Shown: one piece after another, positions 1 through 12,368 of the stretch
How the letters are laid out: each line of letters starts with the position of its first letter
Numbering within the stretch: position 1 is the first letter of the stretch
Source of the DNA: Chiloscyllium plagiosum
Lineage: Eukaryota
Direction of reading: 5' to 3'
Assembly (NCBI RefSeq): GCF_004010195.1
Contig: NC_057724.1
Location: 25,367,788 to 25,431,787 of the forward strand
Length of the DNA: 64,000 bases
The notes under the pieces: model-generated
Database searches by the model: none
What the model was told of the DNA's origin: nothing
The model's input: only the letters and a program-made list of their open reading frames with translations
Made by a program: the position numbers and the translations under genes

Positions 1-254
1 TCTGAACTCTCTCTTCATCAGAGGTCAAGAGTATACTGGGAAGAGCAGGGTCATTTCTCCATAGGACAGTGGCTATCCTGATGCTATCTGCAATGCACAA
101 GGGAGAGAAGGCATTGCAGCCAGTGGTTAGATGTGCAATGACAAGGTGAACAGAGAGTCACAGTCAGATGAAGAATTGGATTTACTCAGTTGGCAGGACA
201 TGGATATCACATCTTCACAGGGTGTTGTTTTTTTCTTGAGAGGGATGAAATTTA

Positions 255-337
255 CTCCTCTTACAGGTAAGGAGCCTCATGTCAAGCATGTCTTAACTTA
301 TCCTGGCTCTCTCTGCCCTGTTATGTGCTGTTTTCCC
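255..337 (-). pseudogene. Harbinger Myb/SANT-like protein, exon 2, disrupted
   Basis: Follows a pyrimidine tract and decayed acceptor; reads GKTAHNRAERARIS*DMLDMRLLT, resembling KxAHNRxERxxTGGGxPDxRxLT; phase 0 matches exon 1. Confidence 0.65.
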
Positions 338-526
338 CCGTAATGTGAGAGAAGGAGGGATTGGGTAGGTTAAACTGGGTGACATGTCTGTTTAATGCTG
401 GTGCAGGTGATCAAAAAGTGGAGAGCTACCTTGGGTGAATGAGTAGGTAGTGCAGAGGCCATGCAGGCTTAATCGTTGGGGCTAGCGGGGGAATGAGAAC
501 TAGTGAGGGGAGATGTTGCAGGCAGT

Positions 527-869
527 AGAACATAAAGTCCATACAGTGTGGAAACAGGCCACCCGGCCCAGCAGGCCCACACCAACCTTCCCAACCGGAC
601 CCATCCTCCTATTCTATTCCGTGCTGAATTTCCCTTGGCTAACACACCTAACCTACACATCCCTGAACACTACGGATAATTTAGCATGACCAATCCACCT
701 AAATTGCGCATCTTTGGACTGTGGGAGGAAACTGGAGCACTCTGCAGAAGCCCATGCAGACACAGGGAGAATGTGCAAACTCCACACTGACAGTCATCTA
801 AGGATGGAATAGAACTGAGTCCGTGGCGCTGAGAGGAAGCAATGCTGACCACTGAGCCACCGTGCCACC
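527..869 (-). mobile_element. HE1 SINE (V-SINE superfamily) inside the intron of the Harbinger Myb gene
   Basis: Reverse complement of the tRNA-like head GGTGGCACGGTGGCTCAGTGG, the V-domain and the tail CCTGTTTCCACACTGTA. Confidence 0.9.
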
Positions 870-958
870 TGTATAGAATGAGCCTTGGTGGGAAGTGGAT
901 GCAGTAACAGAGACAGAGTAGATGTGAGGTAACAAAGAGAGATGAGTCTTGCACTTAT

Positions 959-1178
959 CCTGTTGGAGTGTAAGGCATCCCTGAATTTCTTGCGGCAGTG
1001 CTGGCCATTGCTACAGATTATAAATAAAGCACCAAACCAGGTGGGGACCTCAGACCAGGCTGCCATGTCTAGTGACATGGTCCAGTAAGCGAATAGCCCT
1101 CCAGTGGACCATACTGTCCAACAGGAGCTTAAGGTCCTTGTTAGAGAATCACACCATCATTTACCCCTTCTCAAACAT
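959..1178 (-). pseudogene. Harbinger Myb/SANT-like (trihelix) DNA-binding protein, exon 1, disrupted
   Basis: Translates MFEKG*MMV*FSNKDLKLLLDSMV...(frameshift)AAWSEVPTWFGALFIICSNGQHCRKKFRDALHSNR, fitting the FSxxDLxxLL / AWxEV / QCRKKxxDL pattern; ends at a decayed phase-0 donor AGG|ATAAGT. Confidence 0.75.
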
Positions 1179-1929
1179 ATTCAGAGTTACTCTCCTTCGA
1201 GCAGAGGAGTGTCATAATGTCAATACTAGTCCAGGGACACAGCTCCATTGGGCACCAGGATGCCAGTCTTTCGGCAGATATCAAGTAACTGGTGGATGAT
1301 GCTAGAATTGTGTCAGAGGGACACCTTTGGGATGAGGTAGGTTGTTAATGAGGCAAGTTTGGCAAGACATAGTGAGAGATCTATTAAGGGACCCATGGAA
1401 AGAAACATTCCGTGAAACTCAAAGACACTGGCACTTAGTAAAACAAAAGTAAGGTTCAGCCCAGTGTCTTTAAATTTGAGCATCATTCATATGAAACTAA
1501 TTTATAATTGGTTGGGCTATGATAATCATAGAAGTTCTTTTCAAAGACCATACACAGAATATTACCAACAAGTGATTTGAGCTTCAATAGTTTATTAGTC
1601 AGGCATACTGTCAAAATGAAGGACAATGTTTAAATATATAAATTAGTTCCAGAAGTTGTTCAATTTCATTCCTCCTTTTGATATTACAGTGTATGTAAAT
1701 TGCTCGAAGTATTGCATCTTTAAGTAACAATGATATTGATTAAATACAGATATGGTTACTAATCAAATATTCAAATGATTTTGAGCTTTTAGGTTTTGGT
1801 CACTAGTAGAAGGCCTCTGAAAGGATTATTTACAATTTATGTAAAATTGTATGAAACCTACTCAATTCAGTGAAGTCAATGTTGAAATGTCTGCACTTGA
1901 TGGCTATCCAGACATTCAACTTGCAAAAT

Positions 1930-2140
1930 ATGGTTAACACCGCTGCCTCACAGTGTGAGGGACCCAGGTTTGATTCCAGACTTGGGTGACTATCTGTACA
2001 GAGTTTGCACATTCTCCCCGTCTCTGCAGGGGAAATGTCGAGTAATAGGGTAGGAGGATAGGTCTGGGTGGGATAGTCTTCGGAGGGTCAGTGTGGACTT
2101 GATGGCTGAAGGGCCTGTTTCCACAATGTAGGGATTCTAT
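1930..2140 (+). mobile_element. HE1 SINE, internally deleted
   Basis: Head, GAGTTTGCACATTCTCCCCGT core and GGGCCTGTTTCCAC tail present; middle missing. Confidence 0.8.
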
Positions 2141-2829
2141 AAATGTTATATTGGCAGAGTGTGGGGAGAAGATATCAAGGAAGGATCCAAATCCTGAAAG
2201 CTATTCAATGTCTCCCTACTGGCCACTGTATGCATGTATGTATTATATAAATGCCGAATTGAATTTGGCTGTGACAATTAAATTGATCAGTACCCAAAGG
2301 TTTTTCACTTCAAGGTGGTCACTTTGAATATTGGGAGACAGCTTGTATTAATTGTCCTCCAACCTGAGTAATTTTCAATTAAAATTAGTGAAAACTAGAG
2401 AGGTAATGAAGCTTGTTGATGTTTTAGGTTAATATGTGTGTTCCACCTTTACCTTAGACTTTGATACAACAGATCTGAATAGGTATTACCTCCAAAGATT
2501 GATGGATTGGATTGAAACAGCATTTACCTTTGGCTGATCACCAGTTTCAAAAGTCAGGAGAGTTCCTGTTATGATTGAAAGAAACACCTAAAGTTTTAAG
2601 AGTTTCCTTTTCCCAGTTTTTATTTAAATTTTGACTCTTTTGAAGACTTTTGACAAAGACACTTGTACAGCCCAATGCTCTTAAGCAGGGAAGCACACAG
2701 TGAAACTAAATTAAAGAGTGAGTGACGGCCCCAAACCTGAACTATTACGATAAAACTCTGAAGTGGTTACTTAAAAATGATATTTCAATTCAGGTATACT
2801 ATAAACTGGGAAAAACTTATCTGGGATCG

Positions 2830-2970
2830 TTAAGAGTCTACTTGCCAACAAATCAGCACTCTCCATTTGTACACTATTAATGCTGTTATCGCTTTACATT
2901 TGTGCTTTTACAAATTGTCCTGATGAAGACAAGATGAAAATTTTCAACAAAATATGTCTTTTTTTAACAA
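2830..2970 (+). mobile_element. Degenerate Penelope-like pLTR remnant with decayed hammerhead core
   Basis: CCTGATGA...GAAA at 2919-2939; stem II is not intact. Confidence 0.35.
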
Positions 2971-5439
2971 AGGTTTTTCTTTAATTTACATAATTATAAT
3001 GCTCAAATGTGAAGCTGTTTATTTCATTCAACGTAAGTTCGTCTGCATTCTTTTCTATTTATTTCAACCTCAAGGAATTTATTTGCTAGTGTAGAATAAT
3101 TTCCAAATAAAGTCACTAAACAATTATCAGTAATCTCCATAAATTTAACTGACAAGTGGCAAGCATTCAGCAAAGCAAGTGAAATTACTCAGTTGAAATG
3201 TCATATTTTGTGTACTGCTTTTTAAATAAGTATACCTCAATATTTTACACCACCTTAGGACCACTTACCTCTGCCTTTTTCTCACTTGGGTATTTCTTTA
3301 CTATTACTTGATTTGTTTTGATTTAGAGGACATTATAAATATTCTACACATCAGTGCTGAAACAACATATTTTTGGAAAATGGGAAATTAGTGCATGAAC
3401 TTAAGTTCTTTGAAGATCTGTGCAATTAAGAATCCAATTGGTTAACAGCACTATTGTCAAACGATTGAGTAGAATCTTCTAAATTCATCATTCTCCAGCA
3501 ACTGGCACAAAGTCTTTACATTGTTCCATTGTTAGTACACTCAGATAATACCAGCACTGTTGCAATTATTTTGTCACATTATTGGAAAACTTCAAGTATA
3601 TCCTTTGGGGAAATAATTTACTTTAATATTACAAAGAAATTTTAGACAAGCGTGTTAACTTGTACCTGAAAATATGAGACTGCTAACTGTATAATTTGTA
3701 GTCAAGTGGGCACTCATTGGCCAATGACTTGTCCATATAAATCAACAGGTTCAGGCTGTGGGCTATGAACGGGAAGGGGTTCATTGGCCCCAAATGCATT
3801 CCTCTCTTGTGTGGTTATGTCCATGATCAGGTGTCCCTGAGTTGTGAGAACCATAGAGGCTGTTGTCTCACCCAAAAATCAAATTTTAATTTGCTTTGTA
3901 ATTTTCTTTTAAATATCTTTTTAGTTTCTCTTTGTTAAAAGTCCCTTTCAGGAACTGTCACCTCTTCAATTCAGTTTATTATTTTCAAAGACTCATAGGG
4001 AAAGCAACAGCCCACACTCTTAATCTTTGGACTCTGCACAGAGGTGAGTGGTCAAGTCAGTGAACCTACTTGACAGTCTGCTCCTGGAGCTGTCCAACAT
4101 GGTCATTAACAGGTGCTGGCAATAGGTTATCAATGGGGTTGTTAGAATCTGCTGGCTTCCTTTTCTCTCTGGTGAAATCCATGCACATGTATCCCTAATG
4201 ATTGAGCATTTGGTGTCCATTGACACATTTGAGTCTTTCCCAAAATGGTGGGCACCAGTGCAGATAGAGTGTATATCTCTCCTTAAAAAGAATTTTGATT
4301 CATATTTTGTAATCTTTCCTTTCATGATTTAATTTTTATTACAATACTTCTTGAAAGATCTGTTACTAATTAATTATGGTTTGACTTCCCATAAGAGAAT
4401 AAAAAGATCCATCCTTTAAACATTGTTCTTCAGTAAGTAAAGAATTTGATTATTGCGGTGAAAAATATTAAATTTAGATACACCTTTATCTTTTTTTAAG
4501 AGTTTGAATGTCAAACTAGTGGCCGTGAGCCTATTTTTGTAAAGAGGTTTAATAATTAACCAGGTCAGTCTTTTCAGTGTGTTCCTCCTGATGTGTTATT
4601 GGAAGTTTGTCTACCTAGTGAAGTCTTACGAAAAGAAAAAAAAATCATAAAATAAAATAACTTCCTTTTGAGACTGAAATGATTTATTTTGTTTTTTTGC
4701 AGCTTTACTGAGACCTGACTGAAGCCAGATGAAAGTATAGTTTCTGCCAAGAATTATAATTGCATTCATCCAGGCAAGTGGAAAATCTTCCATCAAACAC
4801 CAGACTTATGCCCTATAGATCATAGCTTTGGTGGTGATGAGTGGTGTTAGGGAGTCTGGAAGAATCATGAGCTGAGTGACCTATTGCTGTGAATAAATTG
4901 ACAGCAGTTGCAAAAGTAGCTAAACCTAACAGCACTTTGATGAGCATTGAACAACAAGACATAAATTAAAACATTTATTAAAAAACCTTCATTAAAAATA
5001 CAAACTGGAGTGGTTGTGGTTCCACAATAGGATGCAAACTGTATTATTTTCTCTCCAGCATTTACCAAAATTCCAGAGAGTGTGTTTACTGTCTGACAAC
5101 CTGCAACAATTCCCTTTTTTGGATAAGAAGCTAAGTATAGAAAATATTAGCACAAAAGCAGTTGACATTTAGATAAAGAGAGGAGCGGTGGGATGTATTG
5201 ATCCACCTGTAGAGCAAAAATCCATCTATACAGACAGGGATGTGCTCCCTGACTTGGATGACCTCTTTTGGGGAAAAAGAACAAATTAATTGTCAACATC
5301 CATTTTCATCATAGCGTCCAAGGGATGTACTTGGAAATCATTTGGAGCAAGGAATGTGAATCTGCTCAGAACTTTGCATATATAGTAGGAAGAAAAATAC
5401 ACTCCTTCACTGATAAGAGTTTCAGTTGTGAGATCTAAG

Positions 5440-6690
5440 TGTTCTGAAGTGCACGAATCCTTCTGACAAATTTTTTAGAGTTTTCTGTTTGAAGATGCAA
5501 CTAAGGAACATAAATGGGGACCAACAGATACACCTGGTTTTCCAAAAGGCATTTAATAATGTGCTACACAAAGAATTGTAGGCAAGATAATGGTTCTGAG
5601 TGGTGGTATATATTAGTTTGGATCGAAATTGAAAGACAGTTGACAAAGAATGGACATAAATGGCACATCAGCTGGCAGAGTGACAAGCAGAGTGCTCCAA
5701 TGATCCATGCTTGGTCTCAGCTATTTTAAAATTGATGTTAATGCCTTTCATGAAGAGAGAAGGAATAATGTATCTTTTTTTCTGATTACACAATGTTAGA
5801 TATAAAGGACAGTTGTGGGAAGGATGTATAGATTGCAAAAAATGCAGATAAGTTAAATGGATAGCAGGTTGGCAGATAGTGTATGATGTGAAGAAGTGTG
5901 AAGTTATTCACTTTGGTCATTTGAGTAGAAAAGCATAAAATACTTTTGAAAAGATGTGATAATTGTCAATGTTACTGCATAGACTTGAGTCTGCTTGCAA
6001 AAACAATGCAGAAAGTTAGCATGCAGGCACAACAAGCAGTTAGGGAGGTGAATGACATATTGGCCTTTATTGCAAGGGGATTAGTGTATCAGAATAAAGA
6101 AGATTTGCTTTCGTTAGACAGAGCTTTAGTGAGTGCACAACTAATAAACTGTTTGCAGGTTTGTTTTCCATTTTTAGGAAGGGCCATACTTCCTTTGGAG
6201 ATGGTAAGTTGATGGTTCGCTAAATTTATATATGAAATGAAAGTATTGTCCCATGAAACAGTTGAGTACATTGGATCTATATTCTATAGGTTAGGAGAAT
6301 GCAAGATGATTTCACTGAAATATTTTATACAAAATTCTAAAGGGTGTGATCGGGTAGACACTGCAATCATTTCCCATGATTTTGGTAATCTAAAACATAG
6401 GGGCAGAGATTTAAAGTAAAGGACTGGCCATTTAGAACAGAAATGAGCAGAAATTACTTCACTCAAAGGATTGTGAATCTTTACAATTCTTTACTCCAGA
6501 GTGCTGTTGATGCTCCATTGTTCAATACAATTAAGGCTGAAAGAGTCAGATGTTTGATCTCAATGAATCAAGGGATATGGGAATGTGTGAGAAAGTGGAA
6601 TTTAAGTCTAAGATCAACAATGATTATATTGAATACTGGAACAGGCTTAATTGCCAATGTGGACTACTCCTGCTCCTATATCTGTTGTCT
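5440..6690 (+). mobile_element. Old CR1 LINE, RT C-terminus to 3' UTR
   Basis: Remnant peptides KVSMQAQQAVREVNDILAFIARGLVYQNK and RNYFTQRIVNLYNSL; tail ACTACTCCTGCTCCTAT. Confidence 0.85.
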
Positions 6691-8059
6691 TCTGAGTTGC
6701 AAACGTCAGGAGTGTTCATGACTTCAGAACAACCCGGAGTACTTCACTGTTATTATACAGATGCCTTTAAAAATGAACGATCCATGGGGAAGATGCAAGA
6801 AAGAGAGTGATCGTACAGTGTCAAGCTTTTAATATTAAACTCCTATGTTAAATTGGTACCACTGAAAAGGGCATTGAATGCATTCCTTATGACTGGAGTT
6901 TCACCATAAATGTAAAAATGCAATCCAATTATCACTGCCTGGTAGGAAAATTTTAAACCACAAAATTAATTAGTGTAGACTTATCCAGTTCCTCTCTCTG
7001 TAATATGACAGTTGTAATTTGTGATTTTCTTCTAAAGATGCTGTGTGTGTGATTTAATTAACTTGTTATCCAACTCGACCATGTGAGTTGCTTTGTTATA
7101 CACCGTCTGACTAATCACAATATAGTTCTAATTAAATTCCAGATTGAGATGGTTAACTGTAATATGTTTTACTCCAATTACATCATGTAACATCGATTGT
7201 AGCAACCTCCAGCAATCTTCTTGAATCTGTTAAACTTTCTTGTGAAGGGCAATTTCTCATATGCTCACCAAATTTAAGGTTTCTAAACTTGCTTCTTCTT
7301 TCTGACTGCTTTCGTAGAAAATAGTGTGTTTCATTTTACAAGTTTTTATTACCCCCTCCTGGGAAGATTTCAAGAGTTTTTTTTAACATAGGCTGGTGAA
7401 AGTCCACCACAAATTTCTCTCCATTTTTACATTTTATGAGATATTTACTTGTTACTCTATGTTTTATTTAAGAATAAAGACTAAGAGAATAGATATACTT
7501 CCATAAACAATTGTCACTTTGTTAGATTTTGGCACTTCATTCAAAGCTTATATTTTGTCTCAGTTTTCACATTCAAGTTTGAAATTATTTTAGATCATTC
7601 CCTTAGGTAAATTCAGATAACTTTTTGGTTCACATTAATCATATGGATGCCATCAAGGCCTTATTGGTCACTAAACGTTGAAGAAATTGGTAAGTTGTCA
7701 ACAGTCTTATAAATACTAAGCAAGGTCACTTGAAAAAAGTGCATGATTATTCATGTAAGTCAAGAAGTGGCTCTGTTTTAGAAACCAAAACATAAGGTTA
7801 ATGCACAGCTTTAAAGTTTCCCAGTGTAGGTAAGTGGAGAGAATATTCTTGGATAGTTAGAGGATGTGGGAATATATGGAAATGCTGCACTTTCCTCTTA
7901 GCAGCTCATGGTACAGCTATTTATGAATTTTTTAAAAATTACAGAAATGCATCTGAAACTGCAATAATAATTTAACGAACATATTCCACAGAATGAGTAC
8001 CTTTACAGGAAACCAATTTAACACTACCGAAAAGAAGTCAGATGGAATGGATGCCGGAA

Positions 8060-8260
8060 ATCAAAAATTTTAAAAACGAAACAACAATGCTGGAAATATT
8101 TGACAGGTCTGGCAGTATCTGTGGAAAATGAAACAGATATAACATTTCAGGTAAATGGCATTTCAAAACTCATGGAAGGTTATCGATCTGAAATTTCATT
8201 TCTGTCTCCACTGTCGCTCTTTGATCATCTGAGTATTTTCAGCATTTGGTATAATTTCTG
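8060..8260. mobile_element. Degenerate fold-back PLE-type short element (family C)
   Basis: AATGCTGGAAATA...CAGGTCTGGCAGTATCTGTGGA followed by a partial reverse complement; same family as 20075 and 21025. Confidence 0.55.
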
Positions 8261-8739
8261 AACTACTGTATAGGTGGTGTTCAGAATGTCATCACATGAA
8301 AGAATGAAAAATAAACTTCTAACATTCTGATAAAAGGAAGGCCAGTAAAACAGCAGTGATGATGACTTGACCAAACACAATGTCCCCAGGAATACCCACA
8401 ATGATGTCCTAAGGCATCGTGAGGTAGTTGATCTCAAGAAATCAGAACTAATCTCTTTATGCTACATTGACACAAACTAGTAAGGAGATGTCCCCCAATT
8501 CCATTGCCTGTACTTTTGCGCAGGTTCCTTGATGCCCCTCTTGGTCAGATGCTGACTTGAAGTCAAGGACAGACTCACCTAGCAGTTGGAATTCAACTAT
8601 TCTGCCTGCTTAAACCAAGACTGCAATGATGTCAAGTGCAGAGTAACCCTGCCAAAACACAAACTGAGTGTCAGTTAGTGGTTGGAATGTTCATTGATCT
8701 TTTCACAGTTTTCATTACCTTGTGTGGCTCATCAGATAC

Positions 8740-9250
8740 TGAAGCAGTATGTGTATAAAAACAACATTTGGCTTGGGCAGATATGCAGCAAGTAACATTT
8801 GTGCCACACAACTTCCAAGTGATGATTATCTACAACAAGAAAAAATCTAACCATCTCCTTTTGAAATTCAATGGTAATACCATTGCAGAATCCTCCCCCA
8901 TAACCAGCCAGGCGTTATCATCAATCAGAAATTATAACTGGAGTAAAAAAATCAATAATATTCAACCCACTATGACCAATATGGCACAATCACATGGAAT
9001 ACTACCCATGTCTCTGGATGAATAAAGGTCCAACAGTACTCAAGAAGCTTGATACCTCTCCAGGACATAGCAGCTAGTTTGCTTTGCACTACATGCTATT
9101 CACCACCACCAATGTATAGTGACAAGACTATGTATTATCTACACGATGCACTGCACCAACTTGACAAGGCTCCTTCAACAACACCTCCCAAACTTGCCAC
9201 CCAGAAGGACAAAGTCAGTAGAAGCAAGGGAGCATTGCCTATAAGTTTCT
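8740..9250 (+). mobile_element. LINE 3' ORF2 fragment (second CR1/L2-group family)
   Basis: AWADMQQVTFVPHNFQVMII (WxxKWQVxFxPxKCQxM motif); homologous to 42590-43309 and 44790-45600. Confidence 0.75.
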
Positions 9251-9254
9251 CTTT

Positions 9255-9700
9255 GGATTAGATTTTGATTTTTTTTAGATTTAGAGTTTTTTATTGTCAC
9301 ATGTACTCAATTTAAAATAGTACAGGAGTCCAGTGCAAAGTGCATTGTGTCACCACACAAAGCATCATCTTAGGCACAAATACCTAGGTACAGAATCATT
9401 CAAACAAGATAGAAAGAACATAGTTAAAAGTTGACCATTATAGTAATTCTTAGTATTAAGTTGAAAAATAAAGAAATAATGCTAAAATTCAAATTTCCAA
9501 CAATGTTGATGGGCATGAAGGGATTCAGCCATCAAATTGGCACAAAACTTTGTGTAGAATGCATTGCACACCTTTTCCAGCTCTGATCATCTCTATTTGC
9601 ATATGTGAGAATTCAACCATGATGTGGTGTCGTCTGACCCATGTTGAAAGTTTGATTGCAGCACAGACAGCAGCCACCACTGTTTCCGCTCCATAGTAGA
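9255..9700 (-). mobile_element. Non-autonomous retroposon with a Rex1/Babar-like 3' tail
   Basis: Reverse complement of tail GAGTACATGTGACAATAAA; body similar to 32395-32980. Confidence 0.5.
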
Positions 9701-10082
9701 AATTTAGACTGCAATTTCAGAATACTACAAGACAGCTTGAACTTCTGGTCCTCTCTCAGCCAACCAGCCCAGATTGTTGCTATATAGATGAATTGACACA
9801 TGACTCAACAAGGTTCAGAGTAAATTAAGGTCATTCTCAATTCCTTATAGTGAAATCACCCATCTTTCCCTAGTCTCACTGCAGCCACTGGAGTAACATT
9901 GGATAACAATGTTAGACCAGGGAAAATAATTTTTTACATTTTATACAGCAAACACATAGGACACTGGAGAAGCTCAGCAGGTCTGGCAACATCTGTGGAG
10001 ACTTTATTTTTCATTATTTAGTAATTTCCCATCCCCAAAACCAAGTGATAGTCTTCTTATTTGCTGAGGTTAAGGTAATTGT

Positions 10083-10401
10083 GGGTGGCACGGTGGCACA
10101 GTGGTTAGCACTGCTGCCTCACAGCGCCAGAGACCCGGGTTCAATTCCCGCCTCAGGCGACTGACTGTGTGGAGTTTGCACGTTCTCCCCGTGTCTGCGT
10201 GGGTTTCCTCTGGGTGCTCCGGTTTCCTCCCACCATCCAAAGATGTGCAGGGTCAGGTGAATTGGCCATACTAAATTGCCCGTAGTGTTAGGTAAGGGGT
10301 AAATGTAGGGGTATGGGTGGGTTTCGCTTCGGCGGGTCGGTGTGGACATGTTGGGCCGGAGGGCCTGTTTCCACACTGTAATCTAATCTAATCTAATCTA
10401 A
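10083..10401 (+). mobile_element. Full-length, young HE1 SINE
   Basis: A and B boxes (TGGCACAGTGG, GGTTCAATTCC), V-domain, (AATCT)n tail. Confidence 0.95.
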
Positions 10402-11639
10402 ATCAAAATCTAGTTTGTCACTTATTCTGCAGAGGGGACCTGCTCAGTAATGTGCAATGTTGGCTATGTTTCTTCGCAAGTATAGAAAGTCTTGTACTAA
10501 GGCCTCAGTAATTGACTTTGACTGCACGGGGGTTTGGCCAACCCTAATCTGCTTGATGAAGATTACGTTTTCATGATGGTACTTGAAACCCTGACAAAAG
10601 AAATAGGACATGTGTCCTGTGTGTCCTATGTGTTTGCTGTATAAAATGTAAATCTATTCATCTGCTCAAGCTCAGACAGTCATTCTGGAAGATCATGCCT
10701 ATTCTACACAGGCTTCAACTCGTCTTTCATGCCAGGTCCTCATTTCCCTCAACTCCTTAATATTTTAAAAATCTACCTACCTTCTCTTTAAGTGTTTTCA
10801 GTGATCTAGCCTCAATAACTTTCTAGGGGTAGAGAATTCTAGACATTCACTATTCTGAGAAAAAGACGTCCTATTGCACCTCCATTTTAAATCCGTGTCT
10901 CCTTTCTCTCCAACTATGTTTCTTCATTTTCCTGACAAGTGCAAACATTTTCTTAACATCTACCCTTTCAAGCCCCACAAAAGCTTACATGTTTCAATAA
11001 GATACCCCCTTAGTTTTTCTGAACACTGAAAACAAACCTGTTTAGTCATTCTTTATAAGTCAACCCCGGTATCCTAGTAATTAGTCGAATTTAACTGCTT
11101 TTGAACTACCTCCAATACAAACATATCCTTTCTTAAATGTGCGGACCAAAACTATGCATAGGTGGGACCTCACCAACACCTTGTATAATTGTAACAAGCC
11201 TTTGGTATTTTTAAACTCCAATTCCCAGCATTGAAGCCAGAATTACATGTGCCTTTCTTGATTACTTGGTGCATCCACATGTGTTTGTTTCATGCATAAG
11301 AGAGCCTGGATCCCTCTGTTTTGTACTTTTTAGAATATCCAAATAAAAAAAACTCAATCAGCCATTTGATTCTTCCTACCACAGCGCTTTGCTTCATGCT
11401 TCACTACATTTATTTCTATCTGCCAAGTTTTCTATCTATTCCCTCCATCTATTGTAAACGATTGAGGGCCTTGGACTGATCCTTTTGGCAATACACTTGT
11501 TAAGTCTTTCCAGCCTGAAAAAGCCCACTATTCCTGACTTTCTGTCTTCTATGCGTTAGCCATTCCTCAATCCATACTAATACATTATCCTCAATATCAT
11601 GATCTCTCACCTTGTCCAATAATCCTTATATGGTACCAT

Positions 11640-11727
11640 ATCAGCCATGATCATATTTAATGGCGGTGCAGGCTTGAAGGGCTGAATGGCCTACTCCTGC
11701 ACCTATTGTCTATTGTCTATTGTCTAT
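11640..11727 (+). mobile_element. CR1 extreme 3' tail insertion
   Basis: TCAGCCATGATCAT...GAATGGCCTACTCCTGCACC followed by (TATTGTC)n. Confidence 0.8.
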
Positions 11728-12148
11728 ATTCGGGAAATCTAAATAAATAACACCTGCTAGCTCCCCTTTATCAGGTCTGTGTTCTATCCTCAAAGAAGTT
11801 TAGTAAATTTGCCAAATATTATTCCCCTTTCACAAAACCATGTTGGCTGTTTAATTGTGTTAAGATTTTCTAAATGCTCTGCTATTTTTTTCCTAAATAA
11901 TGGATTTTCACAATTTCACAATCACAACTTTCGGGTAACTGGCCTATAAGTTTCATGCTTCCTGTCTCCCTCCCCTCTTGAACAGTGGCATCAGATTGGC
12001 ACATTTTCAATCTGCTGGGACTTCCTAGAATCCAGTGAATCCTAGAATGTTTCAACTAATGCCTCAGCTATCTCTAATGCTGCTACCTTTAAAACCCTTG
12101 GTTACAGAGCATCAGGTCATGACAATTTGCCTGCCTCCAATCTGATTA

Positions 12149-12368
12149 AAGTTAAAAATCACACAACACCAGGTTATAGTCCAACAGGTTTAATTGGAAG
12201 CACACTAGCTTTCGGAGCAATGCTCCTTCATCAGGTGATTGACAATTACCTGATGAAGGAGCATCGCTCCAAAAGCTAGTGTGCTTCCAATTAAACCTGT
12301 TGGACTATAACCTGGTGTTGTGTGATTTCTAACTTTGTACACCCCAATCCAACACCGGCATCTCCAAA
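12149..12368. mobile_element. Fold-back Penelope-like pLTR insertion (family B) with hammerhead motif and 13-bp TSD
   Basis: Near-perfect palindrome 12148-12336 centred on 12242; TSD TCCAATCTGATTA at 12136-12148 and 12369-12381. Confidence 0.85.
12202..12238 (-). ncRNA. Minimal type I hammerhead ribozyme motif
   Basis: Minus strand CAC-CTGATGA-A-GGAGC-ATT-GCTCC-GAAA-GC-TA-GTG: intact core, stem I CAC/GTG, stem II GGAGC/GCTCC, palindromic AGCT in place of stem III. Confidence 0.7.

Larger units (their letters stand above)
1..1462 (-). mobile_element. Decayed PIF/Harbinger DNA transposon end carrying the Myb/SANT-like partner gene
   Basis: Myb-like exons at 959-1178 and 255-337; subterminal motif TTAATGAGGCAAGTTTGGCAAGA at 1345; TIR-like end GTAAGGTTCAGCCC at 1449-1462. 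Confidence 0.7.

Noticed and set aside
4020-4325. 101-aa minus-strand ORF in unique sequence
   Set aside because: No recognisable domain or splice context
10083-10160. tRNA-like sequences at SINE heads
   Set aside because: These are SINE Pol III promoter regions, not tRNA genes
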